From: Puniceicoccaceae bacterium
Lineage (GTDB): Bacteria > Verrucomicrobiota > Verrucomicrobiia > Opitutales > Oceanipulchritudinaceae
Reading direction: 5' to 3'
Assembly (NCBI GenBank): GCA_040830765.1
Contig: JBFOMH010000021.1
Span: 64,001-128,000 of the forward strand
DNA: 64,000 nt
Part shown: one piece after another, positions 1 to 8,911 of the stretch
How the letters are laid out: each line of letters starts with the position of its first letter
How positions within the stretch are numbered: position 1 is the first letter of the stretch
The notes under the pieces: model-generated
Databases searched by the model: none
The model's input: only the letters and a program-made list of their open reading frames with translations
Told to the model about the DNA's origin: nothing
Position numbers and translations under genes: made by a program

Positions 1-1
1 G

Positions 2-604
2 AGAGAGTTCGCTTATCATGTCCTCTATCATTTTCCGGACACGCCTGAAGAACCTCTGCAGCTGAAGTATGCCAAATTTCCCTGGAAAAAGGATAGCTCC
101 ATCCTGAAAGCGTGGCAACGCGGCCGGACCGGGTACCCTATTGTCGATGCCGGCATGCGGCAGCTTTGGGAAACAGGGTGGATGCACAACCGGGTACGGA
201 TGATTGTCGCCTCATTGCTCGTCAAGCACCTGCTTCATTCATGGGAGGATGGGGCGGCCTGGTTTTGGGATACCCTTGTTGATGCTGACCTTGCCAGTAA
301 TACCCTTGGCTGGCAATGGGCTGGGGGGTGTGGCGCTGACGCCGCTCCCTATTTCCGGATATTCAATCCAATGACCCAGAGCGAGAAGTTCGATGCGGAT
401 GGGAATTACATTAAGCGCTACGTCCCTGAGCTCAAGGATGTGCCGGAGAAGTACATCCACACGCCTTGGGAAATGCCGCCGGAGGTTCAGGAAGCCGCCT
501 CATGTATCATTGGCAAGGATTACCCCGAGCCCATCATCGAGCACAAGGCGGGAAGGGAGCGGGCGCTTGCGGCCCTGGCCTCCCTCAAGGAGGATAAAGC
601 GTGA
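2..604 (+). CDS. phr: Deoxyribodipyrimidine (CPD class I) photolyase, C-terminal FAD-binding part (5' truncated by window edge)
   Basis: Frame open from nt 2 (REFAYHVLYHFP...); motifs GRTGYPIVDAGMRQLWETGWMHNRVRM, DADLASNTLGWQW, DAAPYFRIFNP. Confidence 0.93.
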   Translation, partial: REFAYHVLYHFPDTPEEPLQLKYAKFPWKKDSSILKAWQRGRTGYPIVDAGMRQLWETGWMHNRVRMIVASLLVKHLLHSWEDGAAWFWDTLVDADLASNTLGWQWAGGCGADAAPYFRIFNPMTQSEKFDADGNYIKRYVPELKDVPEKYIHTPWEMPPEVQEAASCIIGKDYPEPIIEHKAGRERALAALASLKEDKA

Positions 605-2169
605 GTTCCGCCAGGAAAAAGCTGCGCCATTTGGTCGTTGTTCTTGGGGACCAACTGGACTTGTCGGCATCTACCCTCGCCGAATTCGACAAGGAGCGGG
701 ATCTGATCTGGATGGCGGAAGCGGCTGGTGAAGCGGGACACGTCTGGTCCACCAGGATGCGCATCGCTTATTTCTTCTCAGCCATGCGCCACTTCCGGGA
801 AGCACTCAAGGCTGAGGGACTGCCGGTCCATTACCATGAGATCGACGACAGTGAACGCGGATTGATGGATCTGCTCCAAGACACGCTGGAGGACCTGCAA
901 CCGGAGAAGGTCATTTGCACCCTGCCCGGTGAGTGGAGGGTACTTGAGGAGCTGCGGCAGGCTTGCAAGGAGGCCAGTTGCCCGCTCGAGGTGCGGGAGG
1001 ACAGCCATTTCATGGATGTCCCGGAAGCATTCCGTGATTGGGCCGAGGGACGCAAAGCCATCCGGTTGGAGTATTACTATCGGGAAATGCGCAAACGTCA
1101 CCAGATTCTCATGACAGAGGATGGAAAGCCCGAGGGTGGCGAATGGAATTTCGACAAGGAGAACCGGGGCAGCTTCGGCAAGGACGGGCCCGCCAAGGAC
1201 AAGCCTGTTCCCCCTTCATTTGCGGCGGATGCCATCACCCGGGAGGTAGTGCGGTTGGTCAATGAGCGGTTTAGTGACCATCCGGGTTCCCTCGATGATT
1301 TCCGCTGGCCAGTGACGAGGGAAGACGCCCTTACTGCCCTTGAGGACTTCGTGAAAAACCGCCTGCCGGAATTCGGGCTCTACCAGGATGCCATGTGGAC
1401 GGGCGAACCCTGGCTCTATCACTCCCTGCTTTCACCGGCGCTCAACGCCAAGCTGCTGAATCCGCGGGAGGTCATCAAGGCGGCGACAGATGCCTATCAG
1501 GCGGGCGGGGCTCCGCTGAACGCGGTGGAGGGATTTGTGCGCCAGATTCTCGGGTGGCGGGAATATGTCCGGGGTGTCTACTGGTGGAAAATGCCGGGAT
1601 ACCTCGAACTCAACGCCCTGCAGGCGGAAGCGCGCCTGCCTGAATTCTACTGGACTGGCGAGACCCGCTACCGCTGCCTCTCGGAATCCTTGCAGCAGAC
1701 CCTGGAACATGGCTATGCCCATCATATCCAGCGACTGATGGTAACCGGACTGTACGGACTGCTCCTCGGGATTGATCCGGTTGAAATGCACAAGTGGTAC
1801 CTTGCCGTCTATGTGGATGCGGTGGAATGGGTGGAGCTGCCCAATACCCTCGGGATGTCCCAGTTTGCCGACGAGGGAATCATGGCCTCGAAGCCCTATG
1901 TAGCGAGCGGCAAATACATTCAGCGGATGAGCAACTACTGTTCAGGTTGTCCGGCCAACCCCGCCAAGGCGACCGGGGAGGATGCCTGCCCCTTCACGAC
2001 ACTGTATTGGGATTTCCTCTACCGTCATCGGGAAGACCTTTCCTCAAACCGGCGCATGCAGATGCAACTGCGCAACCTTGAGCGCAAGTCTGAGGATGAG
2101 ATGGCGGCCATTCGTGAAGCGGCAAAATTGGCATGGGCCAATCCGTCCGGAATGGAGGTTCCGGCATGA
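601..2169 (+). CDS. Cryptochrome/photolyase family protein, FeS-BCP type (bacterial (6-4) photolyase/CryB-like)
   Basis: N-terminal VLGDQL, EGFVRQILGWREYVRG, HHIQRLM, SKPYVASGKYIQRMSNYC; four Cys for a 4Fe-4S cluster (YRC, YCSGC, ACPF). GTG start overlaps the phr stop. Confidence 0.92.
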   Translation: MSSARKKLRHLVVVLGDQLDLSASTLAEFDKERDLIWMAEAAGEAGHVWSTRMRIAYFFSAMRHFREALKAEGLPVHYHEIDDSERGLMDLLQDTLEDLQPEKVICTLPGEWRVLEELRQACKEASCPLEVREDSHFMDVPEAFRDWAEGRKAIRLEYYYREMRKRHQILMTEDGKPEGGEWNFDKENRGSFGKDGPAKDKPVPPSFAADAITREVVRLVNERFSDHPGSLDDFRWPVTREDALTALEDFVKNRLPEFGLYQDAMWTGEPWLYHSLLSPALNAKLLNPREVIKAATDAYQAGGAPLNAVEGFVRQILGWREYVRGVYWWKMPGYLELNALQAEARLPEFYWTGETRYRCLSESLQQTLEHGYAHHIQRLMVTGLYGLLLGIDPVEMHKWYLAVYVDAVEWVELPNTLGMSQFADEGIMASKPYVASGKYIQRMSNYCSGCPANPAKATGEDACPFTTLYWDFLYRHREDLSSNRRMQMQLRNLERKSEDEMAAIREAAKLAWANPSGMEVPA

Positions 2170-3533
2170 AGAAACAGCGATTCAGTAAATCCTCTGTTGT
2201 GCCGGTTCCGGTGGAGCGCCTGTGGGACTGGCACATGACGGAGGGTGCCTTTGAACGACTGGTTCCTTCATGGCAGAGAGTGGAGGTGGTAAAGCGGCCG
2301 GAACAAATGACACCAGGCAGCACAGTACTTTTGCGTCTGCATGCCGGATTCCTCAAGCGGGATTGGCGGGCCCGCATCGAGTCCGTTGAGGAGAACCGGC
2401 ATTTCGTCGATATCCAGGAGAAGGGCCCCTTTGGTTTCTGGTGCCATGAGCACGGCATGGAGGCGGCGGGTGGGGATTCATCCTGTTTAATCGACACAAT
2501 CGACTATGCACTGCCAATGGGGCTTGGCAAGGTGCCGGGCATGAACCGACTTGCTGACAGCCAGCTGGAGCGCCTTTTCCGATTCCGTCATGAGCAAATG
2601 CGACTCGACCTGGAGCGGTATCCTGAACTGCCCGGTGCAGGGCGAACAGTTCTGGTAACCGGGGCAAGCGGCCTTGTCGGTCGCCGGTTGGTTCCATTCC
2701 TGAAGACACTGGGATACCGGGTCCATGAGCTGACCCGGGGACCGGCAGGTCCGCAGCGATTCAATTGGGACCCTGAGCGACAATTCCTCGATTCCAACGC
2801 CCTTAAGGATGTCCATGCTGTGATTCATCTAGCCGGTGCCAATATCGCCGCTGGTCGTTGGACAGAGGCCCGCAGGAAAGCGATCCTCGAAAGCCGGATT
2901 AATGGGACACGGACCCTGGTCGAGGCAATGAAGGAATTAGCAAATCCTCCTAAAGTGCTAATTTCCTCCTCGGGAGTGAATTTTTACGAAGCCGACGGAC
3001 AACCGAAAAACGAGGGCTCAGCTTCTGGATCGGGGTTCCTTTCGGAGGTCTGTCGTCAATGGGAAGGTGAAGCCATGGAGGCAGCGAAGGTCGGTATCCG
3101 GACTGTTTGTTTGCGGACAGCCGTGGTCCTCGATCCGTCTGGAGGGGCCTTGGGCAGGATGCTATTACCCTTCAGGCTCGGGCTTGGCGGACCTGTTGGG
3201 TCTGGAAGCCAAGGCTTTCCGTGGATTGAGATGGATGACTTACTCGATATATTTATCCACCTAATGGAAGGTGAAACAATCCAAGGTCCGGTCAATGCGG
3301 TGCATTCACATCAGCTGACACAACGCACCTTCAGTAAGTGCCTCGGGGCTGTCCTTGCCCGTCCTGCAATCCTGCCGCTGCCGGCCCCGGTCGTAAAACT
3401 GGCTTTTGGACGAATGGGTGAGGAGACCCTGCTTGCCAATCTCAACGTCCGGCCCGATGTTCTTGAGTCTTCCGGCTATTCATTCCGTTTCAAGACCCTT
3501 GAAGCGACCCTGCGGCACATACTTGGTCGCTAG
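2166..3533 (+). CDS. TIGR01777-family NAD-dependent epimerase/oxidoreductase with N-terminal SRPBCC (cyclase-like) domain
   Basis: N-terminal GAFERLVPSW...GPFGFWCHEH...LFRFRH; Rossmann TGASGLVG, HLAGANIAAGRWT, GFLSEVCRQWE, GLGGPVGSG. ATG at 2166 overlaps the upstream TGA (ATGA). Confidence 0.88.
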   Translation: MKKQRFSKSSVVPVPVERLWDWHMTEGAFERLVPSWQRVEVVKRPEQMTPGSTVLLRLHAGFLKRDWRARIESVEENRHFVDIQEKGPFGFWCHEHGMEAAGGDSSCLIDTIDYALPMGLGKVPGMNRLADSQLERLFRFRHEQMRLDLERYPELPGAGRTVLVTGASGLVGRRLVPFLKTLGYRVHELTRGPAGPQRFNWDPERQFLDSNALKDVHAVIHLAGANIAAGRWTEARRKAILESRINGTRTLVEAMKELANPPKVLISSSGVNFYEADGQPKNEGSASGSGFLSEVCRQWEGEAMEAAKVGIRTVCLRTAVVLDPSGGALGRMLLPFRLGLGGPVGSGSQGFPWIEMDDLLDIFIHLMEGETIQGPVNAVHSHQLTQRTFSKCLGAVLARPAILPLPAPVVKLAFGRMGEETLLANLNVRPDVLESSGYSFRFKTLEATLRHILGR

Positions 3534-3547
3534 AAACTCCTGCTCTC

Positions 3548-4432
3548 ATGCCTTTGCACTACCTCAATCCCCTCGTTTGCGCCCTTTTTTTTGCGCTGGC
3601 CAACATCGTCCTCAAGCGGGGCATGATGGATGGGACAGGGGCCCTCCGGTGTGTCTTCATCACAAACGGAACGTTCTTCATATGCCTCATTCCACTGTGG
3701 TGGATTTTTCCGACCCCTGTTGATCCGACCCTCTTGTGGGCTCCGGTCGTGGCTGGGATAGCGGCCTTTCTCGGTTCCCTGTTTTCCACTCTGGCCCTGA
3801 GGGTTGGTGATGTTTCAGTAGCGACACCATTGCTGGGAGGAAAAGTTCTCTTTGTGGCCCTGCTGTCTACCTTGATTCTGGGCAATCAACTGCCCCTGAG
3901 TTGGTGGGCCGGGGCAGTCCTTGCCGGGGCCGGAATCTTCTTCCTTGGCCAAGGACCTGGCCGCAAAGGGGCGGGAGGTCCCCTCTGGCTGACCATCGTC
4001 CTTTCACTTCTGGGAGTCTTTTTCTTTGCCCTGATGGACATCATCATCGCCGGGTGGGGCAAATCCTTTGGATTTCAACGGTTCGTGGCCCTGCAGCAGG
4101 TCGTCACATTCGGGCTCAGCCTTTTCCTAATCCCCTTCTTCAAGGAACCGTTGAAGAATGTCCCCCGACACAGCCTGTGGTGGGTATTTGTCGGCAGCCT
4201 GATCATTGTCGGCCAGTTTTTCCTCCTGAACTGGACCATCGCCATGTACCGGGATCCGACAGCAATCAATATCGTCTACAGCTCACGGGGGGTGTGGTCA
4301 GTTATCCTTGTCTGGACGGTGGGCCGCTTGCTGGGCAACGAGGAACGGTCGCGGGGAACGGCGGTCCTGGCCCAACGGGCATTGGGCGCATTGTTACTGG
4401 TTATAGCCATTTCCCTGGTGATTGTTGTTTGA
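3548..4432 (+). CDS. DMT/EamA family transporter
   Basis: 294 aa, about 10 hydrophobic segments, GDVSVATPL motif typical of EamA repeats. Confidence 0.8.
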   Translation: MPLHYLNPLVCALFFALANIVLKRGMMDGTGALRCVFITNGTFFICLIPLWWIFPTPVDPTLLWAPVVAGIAAFLGSLFSTLALRVGDVSVATPLLGGKVLFVALLSTLILGNQLPLSWWAGAVLAGAGIFFLGQGPGRKGAGGPLWLTIVLSLLGVFFFALMDIIIAGWGKSFGFQRFVALQQVVTFGLSLFLIPFFKEPLKNVPRHSLWWVFVGSLIIVGQFFLLNWTIAMYRDPTAINIVYSSRGVWSVILVWTVGRLLGNEERSRGTAVLAQRALGALLLVIAISLVIVV

Positions 4433-4478
4433 CCATTTCCCTTGTGATTCGGCGGATAGCAGCTATCAGTTTAGGGAT

Positions 4479-6299
4479 ATGGCTGATTTTGTAATACGTG
4501 TCCTGAAGTGGCTTGCCGCGCTGGTTACGGCCTACTTCATTTTATTCGCGCTCCTGTTCCTCATGCTGATCGGGATTGGAATTGCCTTCCAACCGACTCC
4601 AGTGACCGTCGAGCCAAACTCGGTCCTGGTCCTGGATCTGGGATTTAACCTGACGGACCGGCCAGAGACGGATGATCCGGCGGCGCTCATCGCCGATGCC
4701 CTTGAAGGCAGCATTTCCCAGACGGCCTCCCTGCGGCAGGTGATCAACACCTTGGAGAGTGCCAGTAACGACTCCGATATTCATGGCTTGCTGATAAAGG
4801 GCAACCTGCAGGCGGGAAGTTACGGCACCAGTTTCGCCGCCCTGCGGGAGTTCAGGCAGGCACTCTTGGACTTTGGCAAGAAAAAGCCTGTCTGGAGCGT
4901 CTTGAAGTGGGACACCCTGCGGGACTATTACCTGAAGTCCGCAGCGACGGAGGTCATTACCGATTCGCATGGGATGGTCGACTTTCGGGGGCTTCGGGCC
5001 GAGCGCCTTTACCTCGGCGAGGCCTTTGAGCGCATTGGTATTGATGTCCAGGTGGAAGCCGTTGGTGAATTCAAGACGGCCGGGGAGAGCTTCCAGCAGG
5101 CATCCATGTCGGAGGCCGAAAAAGAGCAACTGGAAGACCTTATCGGTGACCTCTGGGAGGCGATCGTCGGCGATATTGCTGCTTCGCGAGGTGTTGATGT
5201 CGCGACCCTGAACGCGGTCGCGGAGAAAGAGCTCTTTAACACAGGCAAGGAAACCATAGGCAACCATCTGGTTGACACCATCATGACTGAAGACCAGCTG
5301 CTTGACTACCTTGTCAGCAAGGTTGGGTTTGATGGGGAGGGGGAGACCTATCGCCAGTTTGATTTCCAGGATTACCGCAACCTGAGGGATCCCATGGCGG
5401 GATTGATGGATTTTGATCTGAGTAACAACAAGGTGGCCATCCTGTATATCCAAGGACTGATACTCGACGGTAAGAGCGGCGATGGGATTGCCGGTGCGAC
5501 GACCATCAACCGCCAGCTTCGCAAACTGCGCAACGATAACTCCGTGAAGGCAGTCGTTCTCCGCGTTAACAGCCCGGGTGGCAGTTCAACTGCTTCCTCC
5601 CGGATTGCCCGGGAGATTGAACTGACCAACGAGGAGAAGCCTGTTGTTGTCTCCATGGGGACGATTGCCGCCAGTGGCGGTTACATGATTTCCGCCGTTG
5701 GTGATTATATTTTTGCCGAATCAACGACCATCACCGGTTCCATTGGTGTTGTCTCGATGCTTTGGAACATCGAGGAACTGGCCGGCAAGCTTTCCCTGCA
5801 TTTTGAAGGTGTGGAGACTCATCCGTTTGCCGGCTCCTTTTCCCTTGCCAGGGCCAAGACCGAGGAGGAGTTGCGGCAAATCCGGGTCATGGGGGAACAG
5901 ACCTACGATGAGTTCCTGCAGGTTGTCGCGGTCAACCGTGGCATCACCCGCAACGACTTGCTGCCATTGGCGCAGGGACGCGTATGGTCCGGGACCGCAG
6001 CGGTCAAAAGCAACCTCGCTGATGAAATAGGCGGGCTGAAGAGTGCCGTCCAGCGGGCTGCGGACCTTGCCGGGATCGGGGACGGATTTGATGTCATCGA
6101 GCGGCCCCGGCCGCTGACCCTCGAAGAGAAGATTGAGGAAATGCTGACCGGTGGGTCCATGACCCTGGCCCGACCGACTCCCCGTGGGCAGTTGGGAATC
6201 ATGCTCAGCGACCTCGAGGAGGAGGTACAGCGTCTGGCATCCTTGAATGACCCGCGCGGACTCTATACCGTCGTTCCCTACAACCTGAAAATATACTGA
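4479..6299 (+). CDS. sppA: Signal peptide peptidase SppA (67K type, protease IV)
   Basis: N-terminal TM anchor, GEFKTAGE (catalytic Lys region), LRVNSPGGS, SMGTIAASGGY (catalytic Ser), ITGSIGV, AQGRVWSG. ATG 4479 preferred over TTG 4422. Confidence 0.93.
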   Translation: MADFVIRVLKWLAALVTAYFILFALLFLMLIGIGIAFQPTPVTVEPNSVLVLDLGFNLTDRPETDDPAALIADALEGSISQTASLRQVINTLESASNDSDIHGLLIKGNLQAGSYGTSFAALREFRQALLDFGKKKPVWSVLKWDTLRDYYLKSAATEVITDSHGMVDFRGLRAERLYLGEAFERIGIDVQVEAVGEFKTAGESFQQASMSEAEKEQLEDLIGDLWEAIVGDIAASRGVDVATLNAVAEKELFNTGKETIGNHLVDTIMTEDQLLDYLVSKVGFDGEGETYRQFDFQDYRNLRDPMAGLMDFDLSNNKVAILYIQGLILDGKSGDGIAGATTINRQLRKLRNDNSVKAVVLRVNSPGGSSTASSRIAREIELTNEEKPVVVSMGTIAASGGYMISAVGDYIFAESTTITGSIGVVSMLWNIEELAGKLSLHFEGVETHPFAGSFSLARAKTEEELRQIRVMGEQTYDEFLQVVAVNRGITRNDLLPLAQGRVWSGTAAVKSNLADEIGGLKSAVQRAADLAGIGDGFDVIERPRPLTLEEKIEEMLTGGSMTLARPTPRGQLGIMLSDLEEEVQRLASLNDPRGLYTVVPYNLKIY

Positions 6300-6318
6300 T
6301 TTAACCCGATAGATAACG

Positions 6319-6876
6319 ATGTCATTAAAAGGCAAAACGATCACAGTTGAACAAACCTGCAACGCTACCCGGATTCCTTCAGGAGAGCCCTTGCACCTGA
6401 ATCCCGGCGAGGAATATGTCATCAGCCAGGCCCTGGGAGGGAGCGTTACCCTGCGTGATTCCGGGGGGCTTTACCGGGTCGGGCTAGAGGATGTCGATGC
6501 CCTGGGGGCAGAGGTTGCTGAAGCTGCGCGCCAAGCGGCCGATGTCGAGGTGGAGGATGTACCGTTCAGCGAGGAGCTGGTTTGGGACGCCTTGCGACAA
6601 TGTTTTGATCCGGAAATCCCGGTTAATATCGTCGACCTCGGCTTGATTTACGATTTGCAGATAACCGAGGCGGGCGAAGGGAAGTACGCCATTGCCGTCA
6701 AGATGACCCTGACGGCGACGGGATGCGGGATGGGACCAACCATTGCCGCCGATGCCCAGGCCAAAATTGAAGCCATCCCGTCTGTTGCCTCGGCGGTTGT
6801 CGATATTGTCTGGGATCCACAATGGACTCCGCATATGATTTCTGACGAGGCCCGCAAGGTGCTCGGCCTCGACTGA
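6319..6876 (+). CDS. sufT: Fe-S cluster assembly protein SufT (DUF59/FeS_assembly_P)
   Basis: IPSG...QALGGSVT N-domain; DPEIPVNIVDLGLIY, MTLTATGCGMG, WDPQWTP. Confidence 0.9.
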   Translation: MSLKGKTITVEQTCNATRIPSGEPLHLNPGEEYVISQALGGSVTLRDSGGLYRVGLEDVDALGAEVAEAARQAADVEVEDVPFSEELVWDALRQCFDPEIPVNIVDLGLIYDLQITEAGEGKYAIAVKMTLTATGCGMGPTIAADAQAKIEAIPSVASAVVDIVWDPQWTPHMISDEARKVLGLD

Positions 6877-6904
6877 TCCTCGGGGGAGCGGTTAAGGAGA
6901 CACC

Positions 6905-7840
6905 GTGGGCGAGCAGAATCTACCGAAGGTTGAACGGGAGCAGATCGATCGCTTTCTCCGCTTTATTGAGTCCGAGCGGCAGTACTCCTCCTACACCGTC
7001 CGCAATTATCGGCAGGCCCTGGAGGGACTGCTCTCCTATGTTGCCGAGGGCCGCTCCGGTGTTCGCAACCTCTTCGAAATGATGGGTCCCTTGACCATCC
7101 GGTCCTATGTCATTGATGCCCAGCGGACCGGTGTCTCCAAGCGTACCCTTCACCTGAGGCTATCTGCTTTCCGGTCTTTTTTCCGCTACCTCCGGAAACA
7201 TGGAATCGTTGACCACAACCCTGTTGCTGGAATCAGCGTTCCGAAGTATCGCAAACCCTTGCCCAAGTTCCTTACGGAAAGGGAAATGGAGCGCTTTCTG
7301 GACGGACCGGCACAATTGCTTGAAGCAGGCGAGTGCGATGGGTTTACAGCGAAACGGGATGCCCTTTTGTTCGAGCTCTTCTATGGGGCTGGACTGCGCA
7401 TCAGTGAGGTCGTGCAGGCAACCTGGGGCAGCTACGACAAAGGCTCCCGTTGCCTCAAGGTTCTAGGCAAGGGGCGCAAGGAACGCCTGTGCCCGGTTGG
7501 CGAGCACGCCGCCCGGTTAATGGAGGAATACCGCAAGGATCATGCGGTGGTTACCGGACAGGAGGATCCCATCCTCCACACCCTCGCCGGCAAGCCACTC
7601 TCACCCTTCTGGATTCAAAAGCGGATGAAGATCTATCTGCGACTGGCCGATCTCCCGGAAGACCTGACACCACACAAAATCCGGCACTCCTTCGCCACGC
7701 ATCTGCTCAATGCCGGCGCGGATATGCGGGTGGTGCAGGAGTTACTTGGCCACGCAAGTCTTTCCACCACTCAGATCTATACCCATGTCGGCCTCAAGCG
7801 GCTCAAGGATGCGCACTCGCAGGCGCATCCCCGGGCTTAG
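6905..7840 (+). CDS. xerC: Tyrosine recombinase XerC-like
   Basis: SxYTVRNY; full catalytic set GLRISE, GKGRKER, HKIRHSFATH, LGH, TQIYTH; ends HPRA. XerC versus XerD not certain. Confidence 0.85.
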   Translation: MGEQNLPKVEREQIDRFLRFIESERQYSSYTVRNYRQALEGLLSYVAEGRSGVRNLFEMMGPLTIRSYVIDAQRTGVSKRTLHLRLSAFRSFFRYLRKHGIVDHNPVAGISVPKYRKPLPKFLTEREMERFLDGPAQLLEAGECDGFTAKRDALLFELFYGAGLRISEVVQATWGSYDKGSRCLKVLGKGRKERLCPVGEHAARLMEEYRKDHAVVTGQEDPILHTLAGKPLSPFWIQKRMKIYLRLADLPEDLTPHKIRHSFATHLLNAGADMRVVQELLGHASLSTTQIYTHVGLKRLKDAHSQAHPRA

Positions 7841-8831
7841 GCAGGAACTGCGTCGTAAACCATTTCCCGGCAGGACTGGAAGTGTCCTCAAGCATCTCGA
7901 GGGCCTCCATTTCGTGAGCCAGCACTTCCATACGGGACGGGTCCAATCGCCCGACATTGTGACCATCGGGACCGTCACCGGTAACCAGGCGACGCTCCTG
8001 CATTGCCCCGTAGCTGAAGGCTATGAATGCCTCGTTCATCTTCGGATTCTGTCCGGCGATGAGCGCCAGGGCGGGTTCCGGGTCGTTGAGGATAAAATCC
8101 CTCCAGCCACGAACAGAGGCGTGGACAAAGCGTCTCACCAGATCGGGATCTTCCTCAATCAGGGAGCGGAGGCAGTAGATTCCATGGTAGGGATCGAATC
8201 CAGACTCACGCAGGGGAAGGACTTTCGCCTCCAGTCCAGCTTGCTGGACATAAAATGGCTCGTTGGTCAACAGGCACTGCTGGATAAATTCCGGATCATT
8301 GAGGAAGCGTTCAATCCCGAAATCGTGGGGGATAATGTCCAGATTGATGCCATAGCGCGATTCCAGCCAACGGATCCATGCCAGGCCCGGGATGGCCATT
8401 ACTTGCCGGCCATCCAGTTCTTCAAATGTTGAAATGGGATTCGAGGCATGGAGAAGCAGGGCCTGCGGATCGTGTTGCAGGGTGGCCATGACCATGGTCA
8501 CCGGCACATCGCGACGACACAACGAGTAGATAGTGTCGGCCCGGTTCATGGCGAAATCGGCCCGTCCCTTGAGGACCTTCTGGGTCGACATGGCATTCGG
8601 TCCTCCCGGCAGGATTGTCACCGACAAGCCGGCCTCTTCGTAGAATCCCCTGGCCAGGGCCTGGTAGAAGCCACCGTGCTCGGGTTGCGGAAACCAGTCG
8701 GTCTGGAGGATGACTTGGTCCAGCTTTGCCTCCAAGTCATTTCCCGGCTCTGCGTCACGCCGGCATCCAATGCCCATGAGCAAGCTTCCGAGGAGTAGAA
8801 AAGCGCTCAACTGTAGCTGCCGTAACCGCAC
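7803..8831 (-). CDS. ABC transporter substrate-binding lipoprotein, NMT1/THI5/SsuA-like
   Basis: Lipobox LMGIGC; QTDWFPQPEHGGFYQALARGFYEEAGLSVTILPGGP; TNEPF; VRRFVHASVRGW. Confidence 0.82.
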   Translation of the reverse strand: MRLRQLQLSAFLLLGSLLMGIGCRRDAEPGNDLEAKLDQVILQTDWFPQPEHGGFYQALARGFYEEAGLSVTILPGGPNAMSTQKVLKGRADFAMNRADTIYSLCRRDVPVTMVMATLQHDPQALLLHASNPISTFEELDGRQVMAIPGLAWIRWLESRYGINLDIIPHDFGIERFLNDPEFIQQCLLTNEPFYVQQAGLEAKVLPLRESGFDPYHGIYCLRSLIEEDPDLVRRFVHASVRGWRDFILNDPEPALALIAGQNPKMNEAFIAFSYGAMQERRLVTGDGPDGHNVGRLDPSRMEVLAHEMEALEMLEDTSSPAGKWFTTQFLPKPGDAPASAHP

Positions 8832-8848
8832 TTCCGTATTTGATGCAT

Positions 8849-8879
8849 AAAAAAGCCGGATGGGGAAGCCCCATCCGGC
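8849..8879 (-). terminator. Rho-independent terminator downstream of the TonB2/TPR operon
   Basis: 11-bp stem GCCGGATGGGG/CCCCATCCGGC with 3-nt loop, followed on the minus strand by T6 (A-run 8849-8854). Confidence 0.8.
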
Positions 8880-8911
8880 GAAAAGTGGTCTGCTGGAGAT
8901 TCGGACGCCGA

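Noticed and set aside
6905..7840. Tyrosine recombinase as a mobile-element integrase
   Set aside because: Looks like housekeeping XerC; no att repeats, tRNA or cargo, and flanked by core genes.
7710..8432. 240-aa plus-strand ORF overlapping the xerC end
   Set aside because: Antisense to the well-supported binding-protein gene.
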